Positions 10,677-21,347 of a DNA stretch of 64,000 nt are shown here, piece after piece; the stretch's first letter is position 1; each line of letters starts with the position of its first letter. Source of the stretch: a virus. Both the position numbers and the translations under genes were made by a program. The stretch lies in IMG/VR virus record IMGVR_UViG_3300044695_005756, positions 30,519 to 94,518 of that record. One strand, given 5' to 3'. The notes beneath the pieces were generated by a model that did no database searches, was not told the origin of the DNA, and saw only the letters and a program-made list of their open reading frames with translations.

Positions 10677-12023
10677 TTATGTGATACCTGATGTTATGCA
10701 ATAATTGGGCTCAAGGAACATTACTGTCGCAACTCCTTTTGGCAAAATATTTGCTGATGTGATGATCGTATCTTTGCCAGCTTTATATGCAGTAACTCCA
10801 TAAGTGAGACCCACATTCGCTGAAGAGTTGTTTACGATAATTACCACATCGCCGTTCGAAAACGGTTGAGTTGAGTAATTTGGAATATTTATATAAGTTT
10901 GTCCAAACCCTGGAGCATTGTCAGAAACTTCAATAAATTTACCAATTTCAGTCGGATTAATTGTAGCATTCTGATCGGCTAATGTTCGGGATATAGGCAC
11001 ATTTCTGAAGCCTACTTCAAAAGTTGAATCTGGAAATTCTACGGTTTTGTCAACCGTAAGAATGCCTCCACTCGTTAAAAGAAAATCATATGAAGCAGAT
11101 CCGCCTGATCTACCTTTAAGTTCTATGGAATCTTCTAATACACCGTTTTGAGATTTAACACCATCAACAGCCAGAATTGTTACAGCACCCGTAACTGTTC
11201 CGCCATTGTTAGCGTCTAATGAATTATTAGCACGAATGAATACAGAATTCGAACGATTAAAAGTTGCATTAGCGTGATCAAACGCTGAGTTTGTTTGAAT
11301 AAATCCACTGTTCGCGTTATTAAAAGCAGGCGCCATGTGAATCAAAGCATGTTCTACTGGTACATTCGCTACATTTATTTTAATAAACTGCGAATTCGCG
11401 TGAATAAATCCACTGTTTACATGATCGAACGCAGCATTAATTTGTATAAAATCGCTGTTCGCATGATAGAATGCAGAATTTGTTTGAATGAATCCACTAT
11501 TTGCGTGATTAAATGCATAATTTGTATGCAAATAAACAGAATTCGCTTGTATGAATCCAGAGTTGGCGTGAATAAACGATACGTTTGTTTGGTTAAATTC
11601 AGCATTTGCATGAATGAATGCTGAATTGGCGTGAATATATAATGAATTTGATTGTACGAATTGTGAATTTGCCTGATTAAATGCTGCGTTAGGCTCAACC
11701 AATATTCCAATAACATAAAAATTTTCACTATGTCCTTCGTCGGTAGATAAATTTCTTCCTACCGTTAAATCTAATGCTATTGATACGTTCGATCCATCAA
11801 TATTGGTATTTGCAATATTACCAGTATTTGCGCGAAGTGTATTAATATTCGCTAAAGTGCGAACATTAAGAGAAGAGTTTGCACCTTCAATAAAAATAGA
11901 ACTATTCGCTAAAAATCCACCGTTAGTGTTGTCGGTAAGATTGTTAGCGACCGCAATTAAAGAAGATGTTGTCAGCAACCACTCTTCAAAAGTGTTTGCT
12001 GACGAGACTTGATCTATTTTCAC
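10677..12023 (-). CDS. Fibre-like virion protein with heptad repeats (paralog of 9309..10661), GTG start
   Basis: ANTFEEW N-terminus, HANSGFIQ repeats, shared NNSLDANNGG junction. Confidence 0.7.
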   Translation of the reverse strand: MKIDQVSSANTFEEWLLTTSSLIAVANNLTDNTNGGFLANSSIFIEGANSSLNVRTLANINTLRANTGNIANTNIDGSNVSIALDLTVGRNLSTDEGHSENFYVIGILVEPNAAFNQANSQFVQSNSLYIHANSAFIHANAEFNQTNVSFIHANSGFIQANSVYLHTNYAFNHANSGFIQTNSAFYHANSDFIQINAAFDHVNSGFIHANSQFIKINVANVPVEHALIHMAPAFNNANSGFIQTNSAFDHANATFNRSNSVFIRANNSLDANNGGTVTGAVTILAVDGVKSQNGVLEDSIELKGRSGGSASYDFLLTSGGILTVDKTVEFPDSTFEVGFRNVPISRTLADQNATINPTEIGKFIEVSDNAPGFGQTYINIPNYSTQPFSNGDVVIIVNNSSANVGLTYGVTAYKAGKDTIITSANILPKGVATVMFLEPNYCITSGIT

Positions 12024-12024
12024 G

Positions 12025-12249
12025 TTATGATTTTGCTACGAGTTGTCTTAACAAGTCTTTTATTTCTGAAACATCATTCTCTAACTGATTCACTTTATTT
12101 TCTATTTTCAAATTTTTTTCATTTTCTTTTCGTTTCATTTCTACTTCGGCTTGATAAGTACGAAACTCTTCTTTATCGATGTTAATTATTGCACCACTTT
12201 CGATATCGCGGTACAAGCTTTTACGGTTTTCAATTTGAACGTATTTCAT
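12025..12249 (-). CDS. Small conserved coiled-coil protein typically following VrlC-like genes in T4-like phages
   Basis: LYRDIESGAIIN motif and C-terminal EIKDLLRQL coiled coil; synteny. Confidence 0.7.
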   Translation of the reverse strand: MKYVQIENRKSLYRDIESGAIINIDKEEFRTYQAEVEMKRKENEKNLKIENKVNQLENDVSEIKDLLRQLVAKS

Positions 12250-12254
12250 AATAT

Positions 12255-15200
12255 TTAATCTTGTTGTGTTGTAGTTTGAGCACCCTCAGACATAGGCAAT
12301 GCAATAACACGCAGTTGTGCAAACTTTGGAACATCAACAGATGTTGTTCCATACATAACCACTTTTATCGAAAATAAGATAAAATCATCTGCTATATTAC
12401 CATCTTTTTTGAGATATGAAACTCTATTATCCGCAGTACCAGAACCATAACGACCAGGAGCATATACCGCTTCAAAAAAGTCAACTGGATTTTTAGAGAA
12501 CAGATTTTGAGTTTCTGATAATTCAGTCATCAATTGATAGTCATTATCGTCAAAATTCGACGGATCAGTTTCAGACAATAATTTATAATAAACAAGAATT
12601 CCTGCACCAGGTGGACGATATGCATCCATGTAAACACGGAGATCACCTGCATCAAAACCTGGCGCCAACTTAACACGTTTGGTAATATAACGAATAGCTG
12701 AATTACCTCCAACAGAAGAATCTTCACCATTGTATTCGGCTGTTGCTGTAACTGCACCTCCAGTTTCAGGCGCATTCATCGTAATTGACGGCGATAGAAT
12801 ATACCCTGTTCCAGGATTCGTAATTTCAATACGAATAATTTTACCACTTGCAGCTTCATAAATGCCAACGGCAGCTGCGCCTTCCCCTTGAGCACCCGCA
12901 GGAGTTGTTGAAGGATAACTGAACGTAACTGTCGCATTTCCTGTATAACCTGAGCCTCCATTTGTAATAACAAATCCTGTATTCTGCAAAGGCATGTTGT
13001 TAATTTTGTTTTCAATTGTCAACAGATTTAAACGTGTGACATCGATCATTGGAGAAATATCAGGATTACTAGAAGATAATGATGCAATCAACTTAAATGT
13101 ATCATTACCTGATACAGTATTCAAGACTCTTCTACCGTATCCATCAACACATTCATAATCAAAATTAGGCACGATTCTCAATGGTGGATGAGGTTCTCCT
13201 AATTCAGGTTCAGAAATAAAATCATAAGTGACAGTTGTGTTCAGAATAGCTGCATCAGTTGACATTAATTGTAAAAGATCGAATGGAGTATTTGCTGAAT
13301 ATGGCGATAAATTCACATTAAAATTTGCGTATCCTTGAGCGGATGAAAACACTCTCTTTTGAATGCTGAACATAATGTCCGAAGTTTGATCCGCAGTCCA
13401 TGTTGATCCGTTTTGCGACAAGAATAGAGAACCCGTATATGGTTGTTCGGATATCTTATTCTGAGTTCGAATGTCCGTTGCACCTATTTCCGCAATATAC
13501 GTTTCATATCCATTACTGTTTGAAACAAGGACAAATGAATGTTCTCCTGGTAAAAGAAGCACAGGAGTTTCAAACTTAAATTCCGTATACTTACTTGAGT
13601 CAGTCAAATCAGGAATATCGGTTATAGTAACTTTGTCCGGAGTTAATGTTTTTTCCGCAAAAGGATAAACTACAGCCGATGATGGATAACCATTAACAAC
13701 AGGTCGAAGCTGACATGTTACAGGAATGGTTGAATCTTTTGTTTTAAAACAAACTCTAACCGAATCAATAACTACACCTTGAGGATATTGATTTGGATTA
13801 ATCAGGAATGTTTGTGCAAGAGGATCATAGTATCCAATAACAACATTGTTCTGTCTTGTCGAACTTGTTGCTGTTTTAACAGATGAAGTTGTTGCAGAGA
13901 ATTCTTCTGTAACTGTCGATCTTGTAACTGTAGGCACAAATACTGTAATTGTTTGTTCTTGTACAGTATTCACTCTACCTTCAGAGTAGAATTTTGTATC
14001 TCCGTTTGATCTTGAATTTTCCACGTTATTAAATTCGTCATCAATCAGACGGAAAATTTTCTCTCCTGTTCTAAAGATATCAGCAGGTATAAAGAATATT
14101 CCTGCAGTCAATCCTTCTTCAGTCGTTTCAAGTGTTCCGATTGTGTAAACTGAAGTTGTGTCTGGAGTTGTTCCCCACGAACCAGTGATTGTAACTACAC
14201 GCGTGGATGCATCATAGCCACTGATTGTGGCAACTTGTCCTTCACCTTTACCTCTTAAAATTCTAATCTGTTTTCCTACAATATAGCTAGATGCGGCTGA
14301 ATCTGTGTTTACTGCTCCGCCTGCACTATAGGCAAGAGTGATTGTGCTTGCACCGCCACCTAACGCAACACCAACTTGATGAGTCCATTTAAGAGTTCTT
14401 TCAAGTTCTTCTGATCTATCGCCCTTTACTGCGATTCCGTGTGTTGCATATTGTGACCAAGAACCTGCTGCTGCATCTGGATCCATATTCGCAATGAATA
14501 CGTTTTTACCACCTTGCAGTATGGCACCTCCTACTCCAATTTTTTTAGAAAATTTGTAGATAGTTCCATCAGCTTCAGTAAACGTATCTGTTCCAGCAAC
14601 GGTTGTTGGTTCCAGAGCATAGAAAGTTACTGTTTCGGCATCCGAAATTGTCGTTTTATATGACAGATCATTTTGTGTCATTTCAAAACGATTTACTTTT
14701 GCGATTCTATCATTGACATTTACATTGTCGAAGAACGCATTCAGAGTCGTAAATGGTTTAAACTTTTCAGCAAGTACCAACACTCTCTTTTCTCTCATGA
14801 ACTGAACCACGCTTATATCAACCAATCTATCACCCATTGATTGAGTTAATTCTTGTGGAACAATTTGCGATAAAATACCAGTTCTTGTTGCTTCTAAAGA
14901 AGATGTTTCTAAAGTTCTTTGTGTTGTGGTTGTAATTACATCACCTGTAGCTGCTATTCCACTACCGCCAACCACACTTCTGCCACCAGTCGCTTCAAAG
15001 TTAGCTTCTAACGCGCCTGATGCCCAACCTCCATTTACATTTACAACATCTCTGGTTGTTTTAGTATCTAATACTTTGGATGTAGTTGTCCATGTAGTAT
15101 CCCATGCACCCCAAGTGGTACTCTGAATTGAAGACCACGCATCCCTTGCAGCTTCACCTCCAGATAAATCGATATTCTGCGCTTCTAAACGAGTTTCTGA

Positions 15201-18200
15201 TTTCCAAACATCTGAAGTTGGATCAAGCCTTACTGTTCCAAGAAAGTTTACAATATTAAACGGATTAATATTCATTGTCTTTGATGCTCGATTTTGCATG
15301 ATGAAAGTAGTTTCAGTCGATGCAAGCATCAATAATGGTCCATTAATCTCAACTCCAGAATTTTCAGCTGGTGAAGACTGTATTAATGTGGATGCAATAT
15401 TATATGATCCGCGACATAAACGAGAAATTGTATCTATTGCGGCATCAAAGTCTGGTGAAATAATATCGGATACTTTTTTATTGGTAAACGAATCTACTAA
15501 AACACCATTTTTAGGTCTAGATATGCCATTTGAATCACGAACATTACGATCATTTTTACTTAAAATAGCAAGTTCCGCAAAAGACAAAGATGTATACAGT
15601 TCAAGATTTTGAATTCTCTTATCAAGTCTGCCAATATCTTGCATCGTATAACGTCTATGATTGTACGTTTGTATTAACGTAGATGATGTGAAAGTCAAAT
15701 ACGCGGGGTAAGTCAGCACATATAACGTCATTGAATCCGCTGGCTCTTCAGGAACAACTGGCTTAGATGCTGGGACACCTTGTAGTACCTGAAACTCTCT
15801 ACTCTTGTTTAATACAACACGATCTATTCTAGGCAAATAATATTCATAATCCATGAAGATATCTAATCCAGGTTCAGCAATTTGTGGACCAAGAACCGCT
15901 TCGTTTACACTTAAAACAAAATTATTTGCAAGATAGTCTGATGTTACGTTGGTAACAACAGCATTTGCTCCATCAACTCTAACTGGGCGAAAATCTAAGT
16001 AGTCTCTTAGATTTCTTGATTTGCCGTCTTGTGAACGATAATTAGGAATATTTCCATAATCAAATCCTGTTCCACCATCTTCATGTCTTCCGCCTCTTGT
16101 GTATGAGTCTACATCAAAATATCCAGAACCGTTTGACGTAAATCTATCGTAACGAATGAGAAGAGGACCACGTGGAGGATTTTGCCCCGGCTTCAACACG
16201 ATTCCTGACCAGTCGTAATATGAATCTCTTTGACCTGTGTCTAAAGAATAACGAGATGTTACATTCGAATAACTTCCCGAATTGTAGTTGGATGTTGTAA
16301 TTGCTGTGCCGTTAAAATCAAAAACAGCATTAATTGCATAAACATCTGTAACATAAAGATGTTGTGGAATACCAGGTTTTCTCTGAACAAAAGATTCATC
16401 GATGATTGTTTGACAGTCGAACGGCGAAACGAATGCTGAAGTATTACCAGAGAAGATTTTATACGGTTTTCTAGCTGATGTTGGATCGACAAGAATTGTA
16501 TTAGCTTTTACAAAAGTTTTTGTTTTTGACGTAGGAATAGAAGAACTTACAACCGCATAAATGTTTGCAGTCATATTTTCTCCAGCATCCACACTTATTG
16601 TTCGTGAAGATGTGTCTACAGAAAATTGCTGCGCTGGTATAGTTTTTCCTAACGCATGATGAGATCCTGAACCAGGATTAGTAACAACTATCTGATAATA
16701 TCTTTGTTTAGAATCAATCGTCGTTGCATCTTGTATTGTTTCTCCGATTCCAAGTGAAAGTGGCTGCGACACACCAGAAACAAATGATACGGATTGGAAA
16801 AGTTTTCTGTACGCAAAAGAAAAATCTCTAATCGTATTGTCTGCAACAAAAGCTTCGCCTATTCTAATTAAAAGAGGCTCTTTACCTGATTCTGCAATAT
16901 ACGCAGGTTGAAACATTCTATTATTTTTCAACGACTCATCTGTCGTTCCAATTTGCTCAATTTTACTTAATGGAGAAATATTTGCTGAAGCAACTATAGC
17001 GCCTGATGTATTTCTAACGATCACAGATTCCGCGTGTATTAAACCGCCAATAATCTGGAATCTTACGAGTCCATTGTTCATTGCGGTAACAGTATCATCA
17101 CGGAAAACTTTACCGCCAGCCGTTGTTGATTGTATGGTAACGTCTTGTGATGATGAACTCACTATAAGTTTCGTGAGGTTATCTTCGGCTGAACCAGAAC
17201 CTTGAGGAACACCATCAATTAGTTTAATGGACATTCCTTTGTATATGCTTGTATTTGATGGGAAAAGACTAGGAAGCCTAATCGTTGTGGTTGTACAACC
17301 AGCTCTTGTGTTACCAACTAAAGGATTAGAATTTAAACTAGTTACATATAGCTTATAAATGTAATTATTACTATCAAGTGTATTCGAAGAAACACTATAG
17401 AAACTTTGAAGTTTAATTCTACCAGTTGCTACGACCGAGTTTGAAATATTCGATCTGTTTATCGTAGCTAACGATGAAAGAACGAGTGGAAATGATTCTC
17501 CAGAATTATAGATAGAAAATTCTACGTTGCCGTACTGATTTGTCGCAAAATTTCCAAACATACTGTTTGCAAATAAGTAATATCCATAATCTACATCAAC
17601 TCTTTTATTTGTAATTGTTTCCGTTGTTCTAGGTTTAGGAACAGTTAGTATAATTGGAGCTGATGTTTGGAATTCATATCCTTTAACGTATGCTTTTCCA
17701 GAACCTAAACTGATATTAGCAAATGCATTGTTTGCCGTACTGTCAGTCAACTCTAGATTAAAACTTTTAACGATATAATCACCAGATTCATCTAATGTTC
17801 TTCTTGCGAATTCATCCCCAATAGCAGCATAAATTGGAGTCTGAACGATGTTTTTAGGATTACCTTCTTCCATAGTTCCCAACTCAATGAATTGAGTAAG
17901 GTCACTACTATCGATTGGACGTGTGTTTAGTACGAGAGAAACTTTATAACGATCTGCGCCTGGTGCTTGGAAATTTGATGAACCTTGTGCTGGATCTAAT
18001 AGTGAAGTGTCTTCTGTATAATCAATTAAACTTTCACTAACTTCGAATCCAACAATTGCATTTCCTGTGCGATCATACTTATTAACTGCAACACTTTGCG
18101 GTTGACTTTTAATGAAAAGTCCGTCATAATAAAAAACACCTTCATTTACAGAAAACGCTTGACAATTTCCTGTTACATTTGTTGATGCCAAATTTGCATA

Positions 18201-18656
18201 GAATGTCGCAACAGTAGGATCAGTATTTGATGTATAAATTGTTTCGCCATCTACGAAGCTATCTCCGTATAATTGATTGATAATGAACGTAATCGGTTCA
18301 TTTAATGTAGGTTCAGCACCGTAAGATTTTAAAACATACGCACGTTTAGTGTTCGCTGTATTGATAATTACTTGTTTATCAAAATTGGTGTATACAATAT
18401 CTTTACCGAAATATGTTGAAGATACATTCAAATACGCTGTATTTTGAATTGTTATTTGTCCACCAGTAACAATGGAGCCTGTTTTGAAAATATGATCGCC
18501 AAATTTTTTGATTTGATCCTGTAAGGTGCTTTGAAGCTGCGTCAACTCACGCGCTTGAACAGCATTTCCTGGCTTAAATAAAAGACGATAATAATTTTTA
18601 TTATCATTGAAATCGTCGTAATAAGGATCGGTATTAAAATTTGTAAGTAATGGCAT
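12255..18656 (-). CDS. VrlC-like / DUF4815-type large virion structural protein (2133 aa)
   Basis: N-terminal PYYDDF...LFKPG.AVQARELTQLQS, ARRTLDESGDY, YLPRID and DPLAQTF motifs; position after gp8. Confidence 0.85.
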   Translation of the reverse strand: MPLLTNFNTDPYYDDFNDNKNYYRLLFKPGNAVQARELTQLQSTLQDQIKKFGDHIFKTGSIVTGGQITIQNTAYLNVSSTYFGKDIVYTNFDKQVIINTANTKRAYVLKSYGAEPTLNEPITFIINQLYGDSFVDGETIYTSNTDPTVATFYANLASTNVTGNCQAFSVNEGVFYYDGLFIKSQPQSVAVNKYDRTGNAIVGFEVSESLIDYTEDTSLLDPAQGSSNFQAPGADRYKVSLVLNTRPIDSSDLTQFIELGTMEEGNPKNIVQTPIYAAIGDEFARRTLDESGDYIVKSFNLELTDSTANNAFANISLGSGKAYVKGYEFQTSAPIILTVPKPRTTETITNKRVDVDYGYYLFANSMFGNFATNQYGNVEFSIYNSGESFPLVLSSLATINRSNISNSVVATGRIKLQSFYSVSSNTLDSNNYIYKLYVTSLNSNPLVGNTRAGCTTTTIRLPSLFPSNTSIYKGMSIKLIDGVPQGSGSAEDNLTKLIVSSSSQDVTIQSTTAGGKVFRDDTVTAMNNGLVRFQIIGGLIHAESVIVRNTSGAIVASANISPLSKIEQIGTTDESLKNNRMFQPAYIAESGKEPLLIRIGEAFVADNTIRDFSFAYRKLFQSVSFVSGVSQPLSLGIGETIQDATTIDSKQRYYQIVVTNPGSGSHHALGKTIPAQQFSVDTSSRTISVDAGENMTANIYAVVSSSIPTSKTKTFVKANTILVDPTSARKPYKIFSGNTSAFVSPFDCQTIIDESFVQRKPGIPQHLYVTDVYAINAVFDFNGTAITTSNYNSGSYSNVTSRYSLDTGQRDSYYDWSGIVLKPGQNPPRGPLLIRYDRFTSNGSGYFDVDSYTRGGRHEDGGTGFDYGNIPNYRSQDGKSRNLRDYLDFRPVRVDGANAVVTNVTSDYLANNFVLSVNEAVLGPQIAEPGLDIFMDYEYYLPRIDRVVLNKSREFQVLQGVPASKPVVPEEPADSMTLYVLTYPAYLTFTSSTLIQTYNHRRYTMQDIGRLDKRIQNLELYTSLSFAELAILSKNDRNVRDSNGISRPKNGVLVDSFTNKKVSDIISPDFDAAIDTISRLCRGSYNIASTLIQSSPAENSGVEINGPLLMLASTETTFIMQNRASKTMNINPFNIVNFLGTVRLDPTSDVWKSETRLEAQNIDLSGGEAARDAWSSIQSTTWGAWDTTWTTTSKVLDTKTTRDVVNVNGGWASGALEANFEATGGRSVVGGSGIAATGDVITTTTQRTLETSSLEATRTGILSQIVPQELTQSMGDRLVDISVVQFMREKRVLVLAEKFKPFTTLNAFFDNVNVNDRIAKVNRFEMTQNDLSYKTTISDAETVTFYALEPTTVAGTDTFTEADGTIYKFSKKIGVGGAILQGGKNVFIANMDPDAAAGSWSQYATHGIAVKGDRSEELERTLKWTHQVGVALGGGASTITLAYSAGGAVNTDSAASSYIVGKQIRILRGKGEGQVATISGYDASTRVVTITGSWGTTPDTTSVYTIGTLETTEEGLTAGIFFIPADIFRTGEKIFRLIDDEFNNVENSRSNGDTKFYSEGRVNTVQEQTITVFVPTVTRSTVTEEFSATTSSVKTATSSTRQNNVVIGYYDPLAQTFLINPNQYPQGVVIDSVRVCFKTKDSTIPVTCQLRPVVNGYPSSAVVYPFAEKTLTPDKVTITDIPDLTDSSKYTEFKFETPVLLLPGEHSFVLVSNSNGYETYIAEIGATDIRTQNKISEQPYTGSLFLSQNGSTWTADQTSDIMFSIQKRVFSSAQGYANFNVNLSPYSANTPFDLLQLMSTDAAILNTTVTYDFISEPELGEPHPPLRIVPNFDYECVDGYGRRVLNTVSGNDTFKLIASLSSSNPDISPMIDVTRLNLLTIENKINNMPLQNTGFVITNGGSGYTGNATVTFSYPSTTPAGAQGEGAAAVGIYEAASGKIIRIEITNPGTGYILSPSITMNAPETGGAVTATAEYNGEDSSVGGNSAIRYITKRVKLAPGFDAGDLRVYMDAYRPPGAGILVYYKLLSETDPSNFDDNDYQLMTELSETQNLFSKNPVDFFEAVYAPGRYGSGTADNRVSYLKKDGNIADDFILFSIKVVMYGTTSVDVPKFAQLRVIALPMSEGAQTTTQQD

Positions 18657-18666
18657 TTATTAACCT

Positions 18667-20238
18667 TTAAAATCTAACAATAAGTTTGATGTCTTCAGCT
18701 TGACCGTCTGCTCTTTGTGTCTTTACAGCATTTTCGGTATAAAGAACATCTCCAGAATATGGTTCAAAATCAGGATTTTGTATGGAAACGACTAAACGAT
18801 CCACAATACCAGAATTTGCTCCATACAAAGGAAATCCTGTTTTAAATGTTCCTACTACGTTCGTTAATCTTATTGTTGTTGTGGTTTGATCTAAAACGAA
18901 TCCATAAGCGGATGTAGTTTCATAAGACACATCATTCTGAAAGCCTTGGTAAACAAATTCACCTAGTGAATATGCACCGCCAGCGGTTAGTGTTAATGAT
19001 GTCGCTTGTGATATTACAGGACTTGCATTCAAAGGTGCGACAACACTTTTCTCTCCATATTTATATGGGTTCACAAATATTCCAGATTGTCTAAATGTTG
19101 TATTTGCTGGTATTTTTCCATTTTCAGTAGTATCAATTTCACCAATTCTGGATGAAATCATCACGCTGTTAGCACCTAATTCTTTAGCTGGATTTTTTGC
19201 ATGTCCATTTTTCATCGCACGAATAACGCGCAAAGTTGCACCTGTACCTGTACCAAATACATAAGCATTTGCTCTAGAATAGTTTGTGCCAATCGTAGTA
19301 ACAGCAACTTTTGTCAAATAACCATTTGAATTGATTGTAGGAGATGCAACTGCTCCACTTCCATTACCATCTACAAAAATTCTAGTTGTAATTGAAATTT
19401 GATTTGCTGTTGTATTGCCACCACCAGAACCAGTTGTTGCTAAAGATAATGTTATATTATTGTTTGGAGTATCGACGGTAGAGATAAATGTTTTGGGAGC
19501 AATGCCTGTGCCGGAAACAAACATGTTTGCAGCAACATTGGTTGTATTTGCCAATCTTAATATCGTGCATCCAGAAGTAAATATTGGAATTACTGAAACA
19601 TTATTTTCATAATATCCAAGTCCCGAATTTTCGACAACGATGGTTGTCAATTCTCCTTCCACAATACCCGAACCACTTACTGAATAATCGAGTTGAGCAT
19701 TGCTTGTTGGCACAGGAATCCATAAGTCTGTTAAAAATTTACTTGAAGATTTAACATTAAACATGTATTTCCAGATGTATCCATCAGAAGTTGAAATACA
19801 TCCGTTAGAAACAGAATAATCACCTGTTGGTTCTACAGTAGAATTAGCAGATGAGTTATTTGACAAACACTTATAAACACTTCTGTCCGATGTATACACA
19901 TACATCGGCTTGACATTTATGGCATCATCATAAGATAATAATTTATCTAGATCAATTAAATCGTCATATTGTTTATATTTGGTGTTTGCTGTCCAATCTA
20001 CTAATGGTATAACAAGTTCTAAATCATTGCCGGTAATTTTTTTTGCGGCAATCATATTTTCCCATACCAATTTATCATCTTGGATGCAATCCACGGTAAC
20101 GGTAGGAACTTCTTCGTTTGCATACGCAAGAGGTCTTGCAATGTACACATAACCCACTTCGGGTTGTGGCTCATAGAAAGACTCTTTAAACTGAACTGCC
20201 GCTATATAGGGCAACTTTTTAGATGTTACTGAAGGCAT
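18667..20238 (-). CDS. gp8: Baseplate wedge subunit gp8
   Basis: VYKCLSNN, DGYIWKYMF and C-terminal YSGDVLYTEN...QAEDIKLIVRF motifs. Confidence 0.9.
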   Translation of the reverse strand: MPSVTSKKLPYIAAVQFKESFYEPQPEVGYVYIARPLAYANEEVPTVTVDCIQDDKLVWENMIAAKKITGNDLELVIPLVDWTANTKYKQYDDLIDLDKLLSYDDAINVKPMYVYTSDRSVYKCLSNNSSANSTVEPTGDYSVSNGCISTSDGYIWKYMFNVKSSSKFLTDLWIPVPTSNAQLDYSVSGSGIVEGELTTIVVENSGLGYYENNVSVIPIFTSGCTILRLANTTNVAANMFVSGTGIAPKTFISTVDTPNNNITLSLATTGSGGGNTTANQISITTRIFVDGNGSGAVASPTINSNGYLTKVAVTTIGTNYSRANAYVFGTGTGATLRVIRAMKNGHAKNPAKELGANSVMISSRIGEIDTTENGKIPANTTFRQSGIFVNPYKYGEKSVVAPLNASPVISQATSLTLTAGGAYSLGEFVYQGFQNDVSYETTSAYGFVLDQTTTTIRLTNVVGTFKTGFPLYGANSGIVDRLVVSIQNPDFEPYSGDVLYTENAVKTQRADGQAEDIKLIVRF

Positions 20239-20250
20239 AATTATTATCTA

Positions 20251-21324
20251 TTATGGTATTGGATTGTTACTGTTCAATATGTAAACCAAATTAGCAAGTC
20301 GATCAATAGCTATTTGTATTGTTGCTGGTGGTGATGTATCCCAAATAATTGTACTTGCTGCTGTGTAATTGTACGATCCATTTGCAACATCAAACGCAGA
20401 GTTTGCGTGAGCATATCCGCTGTTCGCAAATCCTGAAGCCATATTGGCAATTTCAAATCCAGCATTTGCATGTATGAATGCAGCATTCGTGTCATGGTAT
20501 CCAGAGTTTGCTTGAATGAACCCTGAATTCGCATGTAAGAATGCCGCATTAGCATCGTGATATGCAGAGTTCGCTTGAATAAACGCCGAATTTGAATGAT
20601 CGAATCCACTATTAGAATGAATAAATCCAGAGTTTGCGTGAATAAATGCGGCGTTAGCGTATTGACCCGTCGAATTCTGTGACTGATAACCTGAATTGGC
20701 GTGATTAAAAGCCGCATTAGTTTGTATGAATCCAGAATTGGCGTGAATAAATGCGCCATTGGCCAAAGTAAATGCTGCGTTAGCGTATTGACCTGTCGCA
20801 TTCTGACTTACATAAGCGGCGTTTGCATGGTTAAACGCTGAGTTCGTGTGAACGAATGCCGCATTCGCTTGAATGAATCCTGAGTTTGCGTGAATAAACG
20901 CAGCATTTGCATAACTTGACGCTGAGTTTGATACATGACTAGGTGTATTTGCCGATATTGCTGTCCCGTTTCCAGCAAGAAACGCAGAATTGGCATGAAT
21001 AAACGCTGAGTTGGCATGAACGAATCCAGAATTTGCGTGATTGAATCCAGCGTTCACACTATGATAGGACGAATTCGCTTGAATGAATCCTGAATTAGCA
21101 TGATTGAATGCCGAATTTGCCTGTGTAAATCCTGAATTGGCGTGATTAAACGCCAAATTAGCCTGTCCCTGAGTTACGTCAAGTAATGTGTCTAGGGTAA
21201 AAGCAGACATTTTTCTGGAAACTGGTGTTCCAGATTGAATGTCTGTTACCATAAAAAATGTATTTTTTGTATTGGAAGATGGAGAGGTTAACTCTGTTAA
21301 TTCCGATAACTTAACTTTTGCCAT
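20251..21324 (-). CDS. Heptad-repeat fibre-like protein (357 aa)
   Basis: Almost entirely HANSGFIQANSAF-type repeats after an MAKVKLSELTEL N-terminus; late promoter upstream. Confidence 0.7.
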   Translation of the reverse strand: MAKVKLSELTELTSPSSNTKNTFFMVTDIQSGTPVSRKMSAFTLDTLLDVTQGQANLAFNHANSGFTQANSAFNHANSGFIQANSSYHSVNAGFNHANSGFVHANSAFIHANSAFLAGNGTAISANTPSHVSNSASSYANAAFIHANSGFIQANAAFVHTNSAFNHANAAYVSQNATGQYANAAFTLANGAFIHANSGFIQTNAAFNHANSGYQSQNSTGQYANAAFIHANSGFIHSNSGFDHSNSAFIQANSAYHDANAAFLHANSGFIQANSGYHDTNAAFIHANAGFEIANMASGFANSGYAHANSAFDVANGSYNYTAASTIIWDTSPPATIQIAIDRLANLVYILNSNNPIP

Positions 21325-21347
21325 TTTAAATTCCTAAGTTCTTCTAT

